A stretch of 64,000 nucleotides of DNA from a virus, in the IMG/VR virus record IMGVR_UViG_3300013006_000020, positions 32,001-96,000 of that record; one strand, given 5' to 3'. The position numbers were made by a program, and so were the translations under genes. Positions 39,528 to 49,750 of this stretch are shown here, one piece after another. How positions within the stretch are numbered: position 1 is the first letter of the stretch; each line of letters opens with the position of its first letter. Below the pieces are notes generated by a model. The model was not told the origin of the DNA. It worked only from the letters and a program-made list of their open reading frames with translations, and ran no database searches.

Positions 39528-40498
39528 GGCATTGCCATCGTTTCTACTTGTGAAAGCAATGAGGTGTAAAGCTTTTCATCCTTCTTCAGCAGCTCTACGA
39601 CAGCGAGTTGTCCTTGAATCTTTTCTTTTGCACCACCAACGCTATACCAGGCACCAGCCTTTTGAATCAGGCCAAGCTCACAGCAAATGTTAAAGAGATC
39701 CATGTGCTCATCTACACCACGACCATAAATAATTGGCACGGTAACTTCCGATCCTGGGGCACCTAGCGCTGAAGCAATTACGTCAAAGTGCGCATTTTGA
39801 CCAATTGTCTTGTTTGCTGAGTCATTAATATCCTGCTTCCAAGCCGCCTCTAGCCAAACCGATGCGCCATATTGTGCAGCATTACCACCTACCGTTGCGC
39901 TCTTCTTTCCGGGTCCTGGATTTGGATTGGCAATCATGTGAGTAAGCGCTATGAACGTACTATGGGTAACAGGAAGTATTTGGCTAACTCTGCGGAATAT
40001 TTTGTACATAAGCGTTGCAGTTCCAGCCATCTTAACAGAGTCACCAATATTAGAAGACAGCTCGCCCTCTGGGCACAACGCAGCAATTGAGTCAAGTATG
40101 CAAATGGAATGTTCATTGTCTTTAAGGGTTTGAAAAATTAGATTAAGATAATCTTCAGCACTCAAGATTTTGCTTGAGTTTGATCTGACTATACTTAAAT
40201 TTTCTTTATTGATATCTGGAAAACACGAAAGAAGCTCTGTGCGCAGGCGACCCTCTACATCAAAGAAGAAAGCCTTTTTAGATGGGTCTTTCCGGTGACA
40301 TTGCTGTACATAATGAAGAGCAAGGGTGGTTTTACCGACCTTTGGCTTTCCACTCAGCAAAACGCTAGTACCCTCTGGAATACCACCAGAAAGCGCGATA
40401 TCTAGAGATATTGTAGTTCTAAATACGCGGCCCTCTTCTTCGCGTAGTAGTTCTGATGGAATAAGAAAATCTTCAACTGCAAGTGGTTTTGTTGTCAT
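39518..40498 (-). CDS. recA: RecA/UvsX recombinase
   Basis: LDIALSGGIPEG, GKPKVGKTT, FDVEGR, ILDSIAAL, GLIQKAGAWY. Confidence 0.92.
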   Translation of the reverse strand: MTTKPLAVEDFLIPSELLREEEGRVFRTTISLDIALSGGIPEGTSVLLSGKPKVGKTTLALHYVQQCHRKDPSKKAFFFDVEGRLRTELLSCFPDINKENLSIVRSNSSKILSAEDYLNLIFQTLKDNEHSICILDSIAALCPEGELSSNIGDSVKMAGTATLMYKIFRRVSQILPVTHSTFIALTHMIANPNPGPGKKSATVGGNAAQYGASVWLEAAWKQDINDSANKTIGQNAHFDVIASALGAPGSEVTVPIIYGRGVDEHMDLFNICCELGLIQKAGAWYSVGGAKEKIQGQLAVVELLKKDEKLYTSLLSQVETMAMPCK

Positions 40499-40953
40499 AT
40501 AAGTCCTTTACGTAGTTTAGGCAGTCTTCGCGTATCTTCAACGACTATGTTAGAATCATCAAAGGTGTTTTTCTTCTTTTCTAGTTTGGCTTTTTCAAAC
40601 TCAACTTGTTCGTTAAAAAGATTAAACACCATTGCTTTTTGCTTGTCCGATGTTAGGAATCTAATTGTGATAATGCCTCTTGTTTTGATGTATTTAATTA
40701 ACACCGAAGCACTGAAAACATGAAGTAGATTTTTTACATAGCTAAGCTCAAGGCGAAACTTCTCTGCAAGAGTTTTAAGTTCTGGAGTAGTTTGTGCGTT
40801 CTTTCTCCAAAAAGGAGAAATTGGCTTTGACGCCAATATTCCTTTCTTGATCTTCCATTCTATGTCGTTTAGTATAATCAGTTCTGTTATATAGGCTGAT
40901 GTTTTAATTTTCAAGCCTGAGACGAAATTGCTATCGTGTTCTTGTTCTTGCAT
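40495..40953 (-). CDS. Hypothetical protein
   Basis: Coupled ORF; start uncertain. Confidence 0.55.
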   Translation of the reverse strand: MQEQEHDSNFVSGLKIKTSAYITELIILNDIEWKIKKGILASKPISPFWRKNAQTTPELKTLAEKFRLELSYVKNLLHVFSASVLIKYIKTRGIITIRFLTSDKQKAMVFNLFNEQVEFEKAKLEKKKNTFDDSNIVVEDTRRLPKLRKGLI

Positions 40954-41351
40954 CTTATTAGTGAGAATCCGCAGTCTTCTGGTCTGCGCTCCTCAAACAT
41001 CATAGCTTCGAGCAAATGATTATACCAGGTGATTTTAACGACATCACCTTCTAAATAGCCAGCTCCAATAAACTCTTGTGAGCCACCATCACCAAATGTT
41101 ATAGATGCTCGTTTGCCAAAAAAGTAGCCGTCTTTATTTGTTCCGATAGAAACTGATGTGATGTGTTCTTGTGGAAAATTTTTCTTTACCCAAAGCGCCA
41201 TTGATGTGATTTCTTCGGAGCCAGAATTAACAGCATCTGTTAACTTAAACCACTCAGCTCCATCTTCGTTGATCTTGTCAAACCATGTTTTTTCTGACTG
41301 AAGATTTACAGACCAAAAAACATTTAAATTTGGATCTATGCTTTGATTCAT
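40911..41351 (-). CDS. Hypothetical protein
   Basis: ORF in operon. Confidence 0.6.
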   Translation of the reverse strand: MNQSIDPNLNVFWSVNLQSEKTWFDKINEDGAEWFKLTDAVNSGSEEITSMALWVKKNFPQEHITSVSIGTNKDGYFFGKRASITFGDGGSQEFIGAGYLEGDVVKITWYNHLLEAMMFEERRPEDCGFSLIRCKNKNTIAISSQA

Positions 41352-41352
41352 A

Positions 41353-41637
41353 TTATCGACCGTTCATACTATCAAATTTTTCGGAGGCGGACTTAGTATG
41401 AACATAAGCACCTCTTTCTTCTGCGGCGGAACCTGTTTTAAAAATAGAAGACTTGGGTTCTGCAAGCTTTACTGCTTCGGTATCGATTAGATCTTGATCA
41501 CTAGTTTGTTTAGCGATCAACTCTAAAACTTCTTCCATTTGCTCTTTAGTAAGCCTTGTTTCCTCAGCATCATCAAATATTGTATTGATGGTTTTTTTAC
41601 ACTGTGTAAGGATTGATTTTAATATTGTTTTTTTCAT
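41353..41637 (-). CDS. Hypothetical protein
   Basis: ATGA-coupled ORF. Confidence 0.55.
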   Translation of the reverse strand: MKKTILKSILTQCKKTINTIFDDAEETRLTKEQMEEVLELIAKQTSDQDLIDTEAVKLAEPKSSIFKTGSAAEERGAYVHTKSASEKFDSMNGR

Positions 41638-41969
41638 CGCTTCACCGCCAACTCGACTCTCTTTAGTAGCAATGGATTTTTTGTTCGAAGATACTCAGAA
41701 TATGCATCAAAGGCTTCTTTTGAGCATTCTGTTAGCTTAAATTCTGATTCCGATCTACCTGGCAGTTTTTTATAAAAGTCATCAATTATTGGATTGAAAA
41801 CTTTTCGTTGCGCACTGCTTTGCAGCACATAATATTTTGTTCCAGATTCTGAAATCTGCATTTTTGCACAAGCTTTATTCTCATCGGATGAATTGCCGTA
41901 TTCATTTACATACTCGCTTGAGTATTTTTTTTCACCACTAATTTCATCTATTGATTTTATAAATTTCAT
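41634..41969 (-). CDS. Hypothetical protein
   Basis: ATGA-coupled ORF. Confidence 0.6.
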   Translation of the reverse strand: MKFIKSIDEISGEKKYSSEYVNEYGNSSDENKACAKMQISESGTKYYVLQSSAQRKVFNPIIDDFYKKLPGRSESEFKLTECSKEAFDAYSEYLRTKNPLLLKRVELAVKR

Positions 41970-42265
41970 TTTTGTTTTACAAAAGCTGTTAGCTTTATAT
42001 CTCCAGATATTTGATCTGTCATGAAGTCAACTATTTCGGTATTGAAACGAGAATCTTCAATTGGTGTGCAGGACAAAACACCTTCTATCTCAAATGGGCC
42101 TGATCCAATATATCCACTTTCAAACCACTTGGCTTCAACAGTTTGCCTTGGCATTTTTTCACCAATGGATCGCGACCAAATATTAACCATTCGTTTTCCA
42201 GTATCATTACAGATAAATGTGTAACACGAAAGCTCATCATCGATTTTTTTTATTTCAACACTCAT
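41966..42265 (-). CDS. Hypothetical protein
   Basis: ATGA-coupled ORF. Confidence 0.55.
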   Translation of the reverse strand: MSVEIKKIDDELSCYTFICNDTGKRMVNIWSRSIGEKMPRQTVEAKWFESGYIGSGPFEIEGVLSCTPIEDSRFNTEIVDFMTDQISGDIKLTAFVKQK

Positions 42266-42612
42266 GGCATTTTCCCTTCCATAATATAGGCAGTTTTTTG
42301 TGTTGGTGTCATTTGAGAAATTGACTTTGCTTTATTTTTAGCTTCCCGTTTCTTTTTTCTGTTTGACTCCCAATCAAGGGCACTCTTTGGAAGCTCTCCT
42401 CTTTTTACTGCATCTTCAGTATTTTTATTTGCTAGATCACCAATTGTTTTTGGTTGAGATGAGTCAACCACGGCATTGATACCAGAAAAATCACGAGCCA
42501 AACATTCATTGCAACCACAGGATGGGCATTGAATTGGTTTTTCGTCTGACATCTTAAGCCAGATTTCAAAGTGATGTTGGCAGCTTTGGCAATCGAATGG
42601 GTATATAGGCAT
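42262..42612 (-). CDS. FmdB-family zinc ribbon protein
   Basis: MPIYPFDCQSCQHHFE...CPSCG. Confidence 0.8.
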   Translation of the reverse strand: MPIYPFDCQSCQHHFEIWLKMSDEKPIQCPSCGCNECLARDFSGINAVVDSSQPKTIGDLANKNTEDAVKRGELPKSALDWESNRKKKREAKNKAKSISQMTPTQKTAYIMEGKMP

Positions 42613-42980
42613 TACTTGCCCTTAACGTATTTTTTAAACTTGGGAATAACTTTAAAATCCCAATCTATTATAGCCTCGTAAATGTCCCCATTACGTGTAA
42701 GTTTTCCAGCTTTTACAAATTCTTCGCATAGCATTATGCTGTAAAGTTCTTCTACAAGCTGAGAATCTTTTGGCTTTAAAAAAGCAAGATTAATTGGAAA
42801 ATCAACCTCTCCACTTAAGTACTTGTGTACAACTATTGTTTTTTTACAAATATCTTTTTTGTTTCTATCATCTAATTTTTTATCAAACACTTCGCAGGAA
42901 AGCTCCTCTGAAGACAATATTTGTGAGTATATTGAAAGGAGTGAGCCACGATTTTCATTTATATATTTCTCTGCGCTCAT
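42612..42980 (-). CDS. Hypothetical protein
   Basis: ATG 15 nt after GTGTAT at 42995. Confidence 0.55.
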   Translation of the reverse strand: MSAEKYINENRGSLLSIYSQILSSEELSCEVFDKKLDDRNKKDICKKTIVVHKYLSGEVDFPINLAFLKPKDSQLVEELYSIMLCEEFVKAGKLTRNGDIYEAIIDWDFKVIPKFKKYVKGK

Positions 42981-42994
42981 CAATCATAAATACA

Positions 42995-43423
42995 CTAGAC
43001 CCCAGTGTGCCCGAACCCACCAGTGCCACGCTCTGTTGTTGATAACTCTCGAGCCTCAACAAACTCAGGTTTAATCACTTTTGCAAAAACCATTTGCGCA
43101 ATCCTATCACCAATATGTACCTCAAAAGTCTTTTCACCGAAGTTAGCAAGTATTACACCGACATCTCCACGATAATCTGAATCAATTGTTCCAGGTGCAT
43201 TGAGAACAAAGATTCCATTTTTAATTGCCAAACCACTTCTAGAGCGTATTTGTCCCTCAATGTTTGGCGGCATCTCAAGTGATAAATTTGTTTTTACAAG
43301 AGCGATTTTTCCAGGTTCGATGGTCACCGCAGCTGCTGAGCACAAATCAACACCAGCAGATCCAGCCGTGGCATATGAAGGAATTTTTGCATTTTCAGAA
43401 AACGTTTTTATTTTAATAATCAT
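42995..43423 (-). CDS. dut: Trimeric dUTPase
   Basis: AGVDL, RSRSGLA, GTIDSDYRG, GDRIAQ, RGTGGFGHTG. Confidence 0.96.
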   Translation of the reverse strand: MIIKIKTFSENAKIPSYATAGSAGVDLCSAAAVTIEPGKIALVKTNLSLEMPPNIEGQIRSRSGLAIKNGIFVLNAPGTIDSDYRGDVGVILANFGEKTFEVHIGDRIAQMVFAKVIKPEFVEARELSTTERGTGGFGHTGV

Positions 43424-45336
43424 GTGATATCAACCAGTTCGCATTTATCGCCACTACACGCAAATGTTTGTGTGCCGATAGTGGAATCAGTCTTTTCGTA
43501 AGAAGTTAATTTTGACCAATCAAAATCTATTGGCATAGAAACAAGCACTTTCTCGTATTCTTCCTTAGAGCAGTCCTGATATGGTGCCTGTCTATAAGAA
43601 TGGTCTGAGTGTGGTAAGAAGGAAATTCCACTGATCTCGTCAAAGTGGTTATATACCCAAGCACCAACTTCCATCCATTCGTGTTCTTTGACTGTTACAG
43701 TAATAGACGGCTTATGTTCACACCAGTTTCTTTGATACATTAGCCAAGCATCAAGATGCTGTATTGCAGTGAATGAATTTCTAGTTCTCGAGCCTTCCGC
43801 TTTCATGGGGAATGAGAAAACCATTGTTGTGTCTGGCTTCATTACACATGCCTCGTAGGGAAAGCCATTGTCAATCATTAGCTTACACAATGGATCCTTC
43901 TTATCAGCCCGAACAGTTCTGATATAGTAGTTATTATGGCGTGGATGAATGCCAGAGGCAGCATCAACAAGTTGAGAAACAGTACCGCTTGGTTTTACAC
44001 AAGTGATTGCTGCTGCTGCATTTATGCCGACTTCCTTTGCAAATTTTTTATTTGTATCAATAGCAACTTGCTTTACTCTTTTTAGCATATCTTCGGTTTC
44101 AGGACATACAGTACCCATCATTTGATTGTCCATTATTCCTGTAAGTGAAACGCCGAGTAGAGCCTCTTCATCACAATTGTTCTTCCATTCTGATGAAAGA
44201 TATGGGAAATATGTTAGTGAGGCCTGAAATGTTCCAAGGATGGTGGCCAATCTCGTCTTTCTAGAAAGGGATTCCTCTGTGTCGTCGTGACGAACAATAA
44301 CCTCTGTTAGATTGCAGAACTCACGATCTCTTAGGATAATTTCAGAACATGGGTTGGTTCCGAACTCATAGGATGCGTCTCTTCGATCTCCTAGTTTTTC
44401 AACAGTCTTTTTGCATGCCTCACGATTGAAGATACCGCGTTCGCCACTTTTGCTCTTGTAAAGCGAAACCCATTCTTCCATAAAGATACCAATGTCTGGT
44501 CTTTCCTTGTAGGCAACGGAGTTATTTGCAAGACCGCGTTGTGGATTTTCATTCCACCAAGCCCCAGACTTTGCGTCTCGCATTCTTTCATCAGTAAGAT
44601 TGCTGAGCGATATAAGTGCAGATCTTCGCACACCTCCAACCACGACAACTTCTGCAATCTTACAGACCACATCGTGGCACTCGATTGAAGTGAGTTTTCT
44701 TCCTGCAGCCTTCTTAAAAGTATCAATAGTGAATCTAAAGAGATCTTCCAGTGGCCCCGGACCAGATGCACGTCCACCAAATGTCTTGAGTCTTGCGCCA
44801 GAAGCACGAACTTTTGACACGTCCCATTTTGGAATTTGGCCTCCAATAAGTAGGGATACCAGTTCTCTGTATGCCTTAGCCCAGCCAGCCTTGCTATCTT
44901 GAACGACAATAGTAGTCTCGCTGTTTGTAAACTCTTCAGCGATAGTTGGGAGCTTTTCGACGTATTGTCGCTCAACAGAAAATCCAACTCCCGTGCCGCA
45001 CAGGAGAATGTATAAGATTTCGTCAAACGCCCTGACTCGGCTGACCGTGACATATGAACAATTATACCCCGCAACATTATCTCGCTTCAAGGCTTCACCG
45101 GCGGTCATCAGCGCCCGCATGCTTGGCATAATTTCAAGATTAAGTACAGCTGTTTTAAGCTCTGTAACCAAATCTTTGTTAATATTATAAGATTGATTTG
45201 TCTTTAGATGATTAACAAAAAAATCAAAGTATCTGTCAACAGTTTCAATCCACGTTTCACGACGGCCAAGCTCATCGCGAAATCTTGAGTATCTTGATAA
45301 ATGAATAAACTGTTGGTACTGTGTTGGTAGACTCAT
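43420..45336 (-). CDS. nrdJ: Class II (B12-dependent) ribonucleotide reductase
   Basis: YNCS, GTGVGFS, GGVRRSA, TNPCSEI, TCVKPSGT, C-terminal CSGDKC; no beta subunit nearby. Confidence 0.92.
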   Translation of the reverse strand: MSLPTQYQQFIHLSRYSRFRDELGRRETWIETVDRYFDFFVNHLKTNQSYNINKDLVTELKTAVLNLEIMPSMRALMTAGEALKRDNVAGYNCSYVTVSRVRAFDEILYILLCGTGVGFSVERQYVEKLPTIAEEFTNSETTIVVQDSKAGWAKAYRELVSLLIGGQIPKWDVSKVRASGARLKTFGGRASGPGPLEDLFRFTIDTFKKAAGRKLTSIECHDVVCKIAEVVVVGGVRRSALISLSNLTDERMRDAKSGAWWNENPQRGLANNSVAYKERPDIGIFMEEWVSLYKSKSGERGIFNREACKKTVEKLGDRRDASYEFGTNPCSEIILRDREFCNLTEVIVRHDDTEESLSRKTRLATILGTFQASLTYFPYLSSEWKNNCDEEALLGVSLTGIMDNQMMGTVCPETEDMLKRVKQVAIDTNKKFAKEVGINAAAAITCVKPSGTVSQLVDAASGIHPRHNNYYIRTVRADKKDPLCKLMIDNGFPYEACVMKPDTTMVFSFPMKAEGSRTRNSFTAIQHLDAWLMYQRNWCEHKPSITVTVKEHEWMEVGAWVYNHFDEISGISFLPHSDHSYRQAPYQDCSKEEYEKVLVSMPIDFDWSKLTSYEKTDSTIGTQTFACSGDKCELVDIT

Positions 45337-45387
45337 GTTAGTAGTTATTATAGGATTATTAGTTTCGCATACACCTTGATCGTGGAT

Positions 45388-46365
45388 TCAAATTGCATAT
45401 TCTGCTGCGATTTTTTGCGCGTAAATATCCACACCGTACTTCTTGTAGAGATCGAAATTCTTCATGCCAATACTTTGTCGATCTTGTGCCGAAATAGACG
45501 CCATCTTTTTTGTGCGATCTAGTAGATCTTCAAAGTCCTTGCACAACCATTCTTCACTCTCAAAAAGTTCTGGTATGGCAGAGTCTGCATAAGAAAGAAC
45601 TGGCTTGCCGTGAGAAAAAGCCTCTAGTATAGAGAAACAGAATGCCTCATTTGAGGATGGGTAGTGGTATACATCACAAGAGTTGAGGATATTAAGCTTT
45701 TGCTCTTCATTGATGTTTGCCATAACCATTGCATTTTGTGCGTTAGTATGATTTAAATATGCTGCAACGCCATCAAAATATGCACGATCTAGTATTTCGC
45801 CGCCAATAATAAACTGATTCTCTGGCATTCGTGCGGCGCAATAAATAGTATCGTGAATCATTTTTGAAGGACAGAAACTTGAGACACGACCAAAAACTGG
45901 AACTTCTGATTGTTCTTTAATTGTCTCTGAGGAATTAATTCCATACTTAACAATTTCCCCATTAGTAACCCATGGGCTAAGAGACTTTTGATATTCTGAG
46001 CTAAAGAAAACTTTATTGAATTGTGTGTGATCAAAACCGACTTGTTGCCCACAAAGTATACTAGCAAAGCGCTTGCACTTTGGAAGGTTACTAAAGAAGG
46101 ATGGATTTTGTGAGCCTGGAAGGAACACATGAATTACATCTGGATTGAACTTATGAATATAATCCACACAAGAGTTATCATAATCAAAACCCTTATCTAG
46201 GTATAGTCGAGTTTCCCCTAGTTTAGAGAACTTTTCCCTATAAGGGCCATCAATACAACCAATAAATGTCATTTCATTGTTTGCAGACAATTGTTTTGCT
46301 AGGTTAAAAGAGGCTAAAGATGAGCCTCCCGAGTTAAAGAAGTTGTTGACGAAAGCTATTCGCAT
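45388..46365 (-). CDS. Glycosyltransferase family 4
   Basis: MRIAFVNNFFNSGG; YPSSNEAFCFSILEAFSHGKPV. Confidence 0.85.
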   Translation of the reverse strand: MRIAFVNNFFNSGGSSLASFNLAKQLSANNEMTFIGCIDGPYREKFSKLGETRLYLDKGFDYDNSCVDYIHKFNPDVIHVFLPGSQNPSFFSNLPKCKRFASILCGQQVGFDHTQFNKVFFSSEYQKSLSPWVTNGEIVKYGINSSETIKEQSEVPVFGRVSSFCPSKMIHDTIYCAARMPENQFIIGGEILDRAYFDGVAAYLNHTNAQNAMVMANINEEQKLNILNSCDVYHYPSSNEAFCFSILEAFSHGKPVLSYADSAIPELFESEEWLCKDFEDLLDRTKKMASISAQDRQSIGMKNFDLYKKYGVDIYAQKIAAEYAI

Positions 46366-46399
46366 ATTAGAGTATAGGTGTATAAATAAAAGTACAGCT
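46366..46399. promoter_or_regulatory. Back-to-back promoters: TATACT (-) and GTGTAT (+)
   Basis: TATACT 46376-46371 (-), 5 nt before ATG 46365; GTGTATAAATA from 46378 (+). Confidence 0.55.
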
Positions 46400-47002
46400 A
46401 TGGATACCAAAGAACCCGACTATATTTTTACAACTCGTGAAGCTGCCGAAAACATGGCAAAGAAACTTGACTGTGGCGGCACGCAGGAGTTTTATAACAT
46501 AGATGGCAAGCAAAGTGGATTAAAAGCAAATACAACCTATTATCTGCCGTGCTCTTCACGTGAGGCACTTCACGATAATTTGGCGAAGTATAAAAAGAAA
46601 ATGTCAAAAGCTGAAGCTGTTGACACAGATGAAATTGATTTTCCAGAGTGCGAAGGGCCAGTTTCATTTGATGCTTTCCTAAAATCTTATTTTACACAGG
46701 GCGGCGACTATGTTAGTGACTCTGTTAAAAATTCTCTTAAGAAAAAGGCTGAAGATTATAATAAAAAAGGAAAACACAAGATACGAACGTCAACACTTGT
46801 GACGGTTTTTAGAAGAGGTATTGGTGCTTACAAAACAAATCCTCAGAGCGTAAGACCAAATGTACGAAGTGCAGATCAATGGGGATACGGAAGAGTAAAT
46901 GGTTTCTTGCACGCTCTAAGAACAGGGTCATTTAAGAGAAAACCATTTGATACAGATTTGTTACCAGCATCACATAGCCTATCATCTAAAGGCAAAAAAT
47001 GA
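46400..47002 (+). CDS. Conserved viral hypothetical protein
   Basis: ATG 46400; L..VFRRGIGAYKTNP.SVRP.V.SA.QWGY.RVN.FL signature. Confidence 0.7.
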   Translation: MDTKEPDYIFTTREAAENMAKKLDCGGTQEFYNIDGKQSGLKANTTYYLPCSSREALHDNLAKYKKKMSKAEAVDTDEIDFPECEGPVSFDAFLKSYFTQGGDYVSDSVKNSLKKKAEDYNKKGKHKIRTSTLVTVFRRGIGAYKTNPQSVRPNVRSADQWGYGRVNGFLHALRTGSFKRKPFDTDLLPASHSLSSKGKK

Positions 47003-47952
47003 AATTAGAAGACCAAATTCGCAAATTAATTGCGTTTAAAAAACCAGAGCCAACTGCGTTATATGAGCCAACGCCAATGGTAGATGAGCCTGTTGTTGAT
47101 TCTATTAAACCAAAAGGTGGTAGTGGATTACGCGGGGCAGAAACATGCAGCTACTGGGATGGTGGGCCATGGGCATGGCCAATGCTGGCTAATCCCATGT
47201 GCAAAATATGTGACACAAATCCACAGCCATTTTGTGATTGCTTGAGGGCTTATAACAATCCATGCTATAGAGAGCATATACCATGGCGGAACCATCCTGA
47301 TCCACAACCACCTACACTGCCTCCAGCTTTTCCAAATATGCCAGAGGGCTGTCCTAGTATTGAACAGATGGACGGTCCTGGATACACCGAGGAGGAATGG
47401 GTTGGTAATCCAGAAACACTTAGTGGCGAAAGATATATATGGAATAGCTGGCCTTGGTTAACAAGAACCGCCGATGGTAAACTAGGCGAATATGATTTTC
47501 ACGGGCTATACAATTGGCCTGGAGATCCAGAAACAGATGGTGGTAGCAATCCAAATTTTCATCCACTTGATCCAGACAGCTTATGGAGCACAGATATTGA
47601 TGGACGGCGCTGGTACATGCGTGATATATGGGCTTATTGGTTTGGGCCTAACGGAGGTGGTACTTTTTATCCAACACTTCGAGATAGGAGAATGAAGGAA
47701 ATGGGATGCTTTGGTATTCCTCTTTTGCGCACCAATGGTGCGTGTTGCGCGCCCGCTGGAGAGTTTGGTGGCTTTACGTGTAGCTCAACCACTAGTAATC
47801 AATGTAATGGGACTTTTTATCCTGGAAGGAACTGCGCGGATATTGGAGGCGATAATTGTGGTTTGGCACGAAATCCCATTCAAGAAAGCAATCAAGTAAA
47901 AAGACCGAAAGAAGCAATGGATATGGTGGTTTCATTACTGAAGAGAAAATAA
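46999..47952 (+). CDS. Cys/Trp/Pro-rich array paralog 1 (core A + GACC module)
   Basis: GACCAPAGEFGGFTC...FYPG.NCADIGGDNCG. Confidence 0.8.
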   Translation: MKLEDQIRKLIAFKKPEPTALYEPTPMVDEPVVDSIKPKGGSGLRGAETCSYWDGGPWAWPMLANPMCKICDTNPQPFCDCLRAYNNPCYREHIPWRNHPDPQPPTLPPAFPNMPEGCPSIEQMDGPGYTEEEWVGNPETLSGERYIWNSWPWLTRTADGKLGEYDFHGLYNWPGDPETDGGSNPNFHPLDPDSLWSTDIDGRRWYMRDIWAYWFGPNGGGTFYPTLRDRRMKEMGCFGIPLLRTNGACCAPAGEFGGFTCSSTTSNQCNGTFYPGRNCADIGGDNCGLARNPIQESNQVKRPKEAMDMVVSLLKRK

Positions 47953-47953
47953 A

Positions 47954-48940
47954 ATGAAAAGATCATTAGAATCAATACTAAATAAACTTATAGCCAAAGT
48001 TGAACTAGCGCCCTTATACGACCCTGTTCCATTAGAGCCAGAGGTAGGCCCTGGTGAAGTAGCACAAAAAGGCGGCGGGAGACCTGGAGAACGTGGTTGC
48101 GGATATGCCGTACTTGGAATGGGTCAACCTGGTTTATGGGGTGGTCGTGAGCCAGGATCTTATAACTCAACTGTAAATTATAGTATTGCATATGGAGATT
48201 GCCCGCTTTGCAGGGGAGCTTCACCACCAGCATTTTGTGCTTGCATAGCTGCTTATAGCAATCCGTGTTATAACTGGCACTGGAGTAATGGTACTGGTAA
48301 TTTGAATCCTGATCAAACTAATCCAACCTGGGATCCTCCAGCGTATTCTTCTTATCCGCCTGGATGCCCAAGTAAAGAAGAATTAGAAGGGTTTGGATAT
48401 ACCGAAGAAGAATGGATTGGCAATCCAGAAACTCTTACTGGCCAGCGATACAGATGGTTTGCTTGGGATTATTTAACAAGAATAAGAAACCCAGATGGTA
48501 GCTGGTCTCCTAGTCAACATGCTCCATTGGGATATGAAACTATATGGGGATACGGCCAGGCAAACCCATTTGATCCAGAAGCATACGCTTCTAGCATTCC
48601 AAGAATAACTATGCGTCAACTGTGGGAAGAGTTTTTTTCAGGAATTTATGGTAGATATCGCCCAACATTACTGCAGAGAAAAATGTTGGAGAGCGGATGC
48701 AACGGAAATCCAGGCGAGCAGATAGGCGCTTGCTGCAGTCCAGATGGTGAATTTGGCGGTTTTAGATGTTCTCAAACTTACGGCCATGAATGTCAGGGAA
48801 CCTTTCATTCTGGAAAAACATGCGCAGATATCGGTGGCGATAATTGCGGTTCTGCAATGAATCCCATCCAACAAAACGACCAAACAAAAAAGACAAAAGA
48901 AGCAATGGACATGGTGATGTCTTTACTTAAAAAAAAATAA
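47954..48940 (+). CDS. Array paralog 2 (core A + GACC module)
   Basis: Shares GCPS.E...G.GYTEEEW.GNPETL.G.RY with paralog 1. Confidence 0.8.
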   Translation: MKRSLESILNKLIAKVELAPLYDPVPLEPEVGPGEVAQKGGGRPGERGCGYAVLGMGQPGLWGGREPGSYNSTVNYSIAYGDCPLCRGASPPAFCACIAAYSNPCYNWHWSNGTGNLNPDQTNPTWDPPAYSSYPPGCPSKEELEGFGYTEEEWIGNPETLTGQRYRWFAWDYLTRIRNPDGSWSPSQHAPLGYETIWGYGQANPFDPEAYASSIPRITMRQLWEEFFSGIYGRYRPTLLQRKMLESGCNGNPGEQIGACCSPDGEFGGFRCSQTYGHECQGTFHSGKTCADIGGDNCGSAMNPIQQNDQTKKTKEAMDMVMSLLKKK

Positions 48941-48941
48941 A

Positions 48942-49703
48942 ATGAAAAGATCAATAGAAGACATTATTAAATTAGTGGCTGTAAAACAAGCGGCTCCTCC
49001 ACCAACCCGTTTAGAAAAGCCTAGTACGGTAAAAGAAGATCCGACGCGGCCTATGGCCACTCTTTGTGGAATAACATATCCAGCAGAATATGACAATGGT
49101 ATAGCAGTTGGCCACTACGACGTGCGAGAAGTTTACCGAGATATAATACCTTGGATGTATTGCAGACCTCTACCAGAGGGTGGATGCGAACCACTATACC
49201 CTTCAGAACCTATCGACTCGATGCCATCTCAACAAACCGTAACGGATAGGGATTTGCCTTTGACTTGGCAAAGGGAACACCCAGAGTTTAATCCTAACGA
49301 TCCGGCAACATGGGGTTCCGTATTTGGTCCTGGTGGTTTTGTTGATCGTATGATAAGATACGCTAATTGCCCAAGGGACGAAAACTATCAACCAATACCT
49401 TGTCATAGTGAGGAAACTATTCGTGAATTTATTGATATTGTTCGTCAGTTTTACGCCGTTAGATGCGGATTTGTAGCTTCTCAGACTGGCGCTTGCTGTA
49501 GTCCTGATGGAGAATTTGGCGGATTTAGATGTGATTCAACCACAAGCACTGGATGTGTGGGAAATTTTTATCCTGGAAAGAGCTGTGCAGACATCAATGG
49601 AAACAATTGTGGTTTAGCACCAAATCCGCTTCAGCAAAGCAATCAAGTGAAAAGACCGAAAGAAGCAATAGATATGGTTATGTCCTCACTTAAAAGGTCA
49701 TAA
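48942..49703 (+). CDS. Array paralog 3 (core B + GACC module)
   Basis: VTDRDLPLTWQR.HPEF.P.DP.TWGSVFGPGG shared with paralog 4. Confidence 0.8.
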   Translation: MKRSIEDIIKLVAVKQAAPPPTRLEKPSTVKEDPTRPMATLCGITYPAEYDNGIAVGHYDVREVYRDIIPWMYCRPLPEGGCEPLYPSEPIDSMPSQQTVTDRDLPLTWQREHPEFNPNDPATWGSVFGPGGFVDRMIRYANCPRDENYQPIPCHSEETIREFIDIVRQFYAVRCGFVASQTGACCSPDGEFGGFRCDSTTSTGCVGNFYPGKSCADINGNNCGLAPNPLQQSNQVKRPKEAIDMVMSSLKRS

Positions 49704-49750
49704 AAATTAAGTTGGTATCTGAATAGGTGTATTTTATACAGGTAAATAAA

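Noticed and set aside
44391-45077. 228-aa alternative-frame ORF inside nrdJ, and the many short antisense ORFs in the track
   Set aside because: Shadows of well-supported genes, with no motifs or translation signals
45361-45380. GTGTAT copy upstream of nrdJ, and GTGTAA at 12251
   Set aside because: The first is followed by GC and a separate TATAAT lies nearer the start; the second is 8 nt from ATG and fits a GAGGTG RBS
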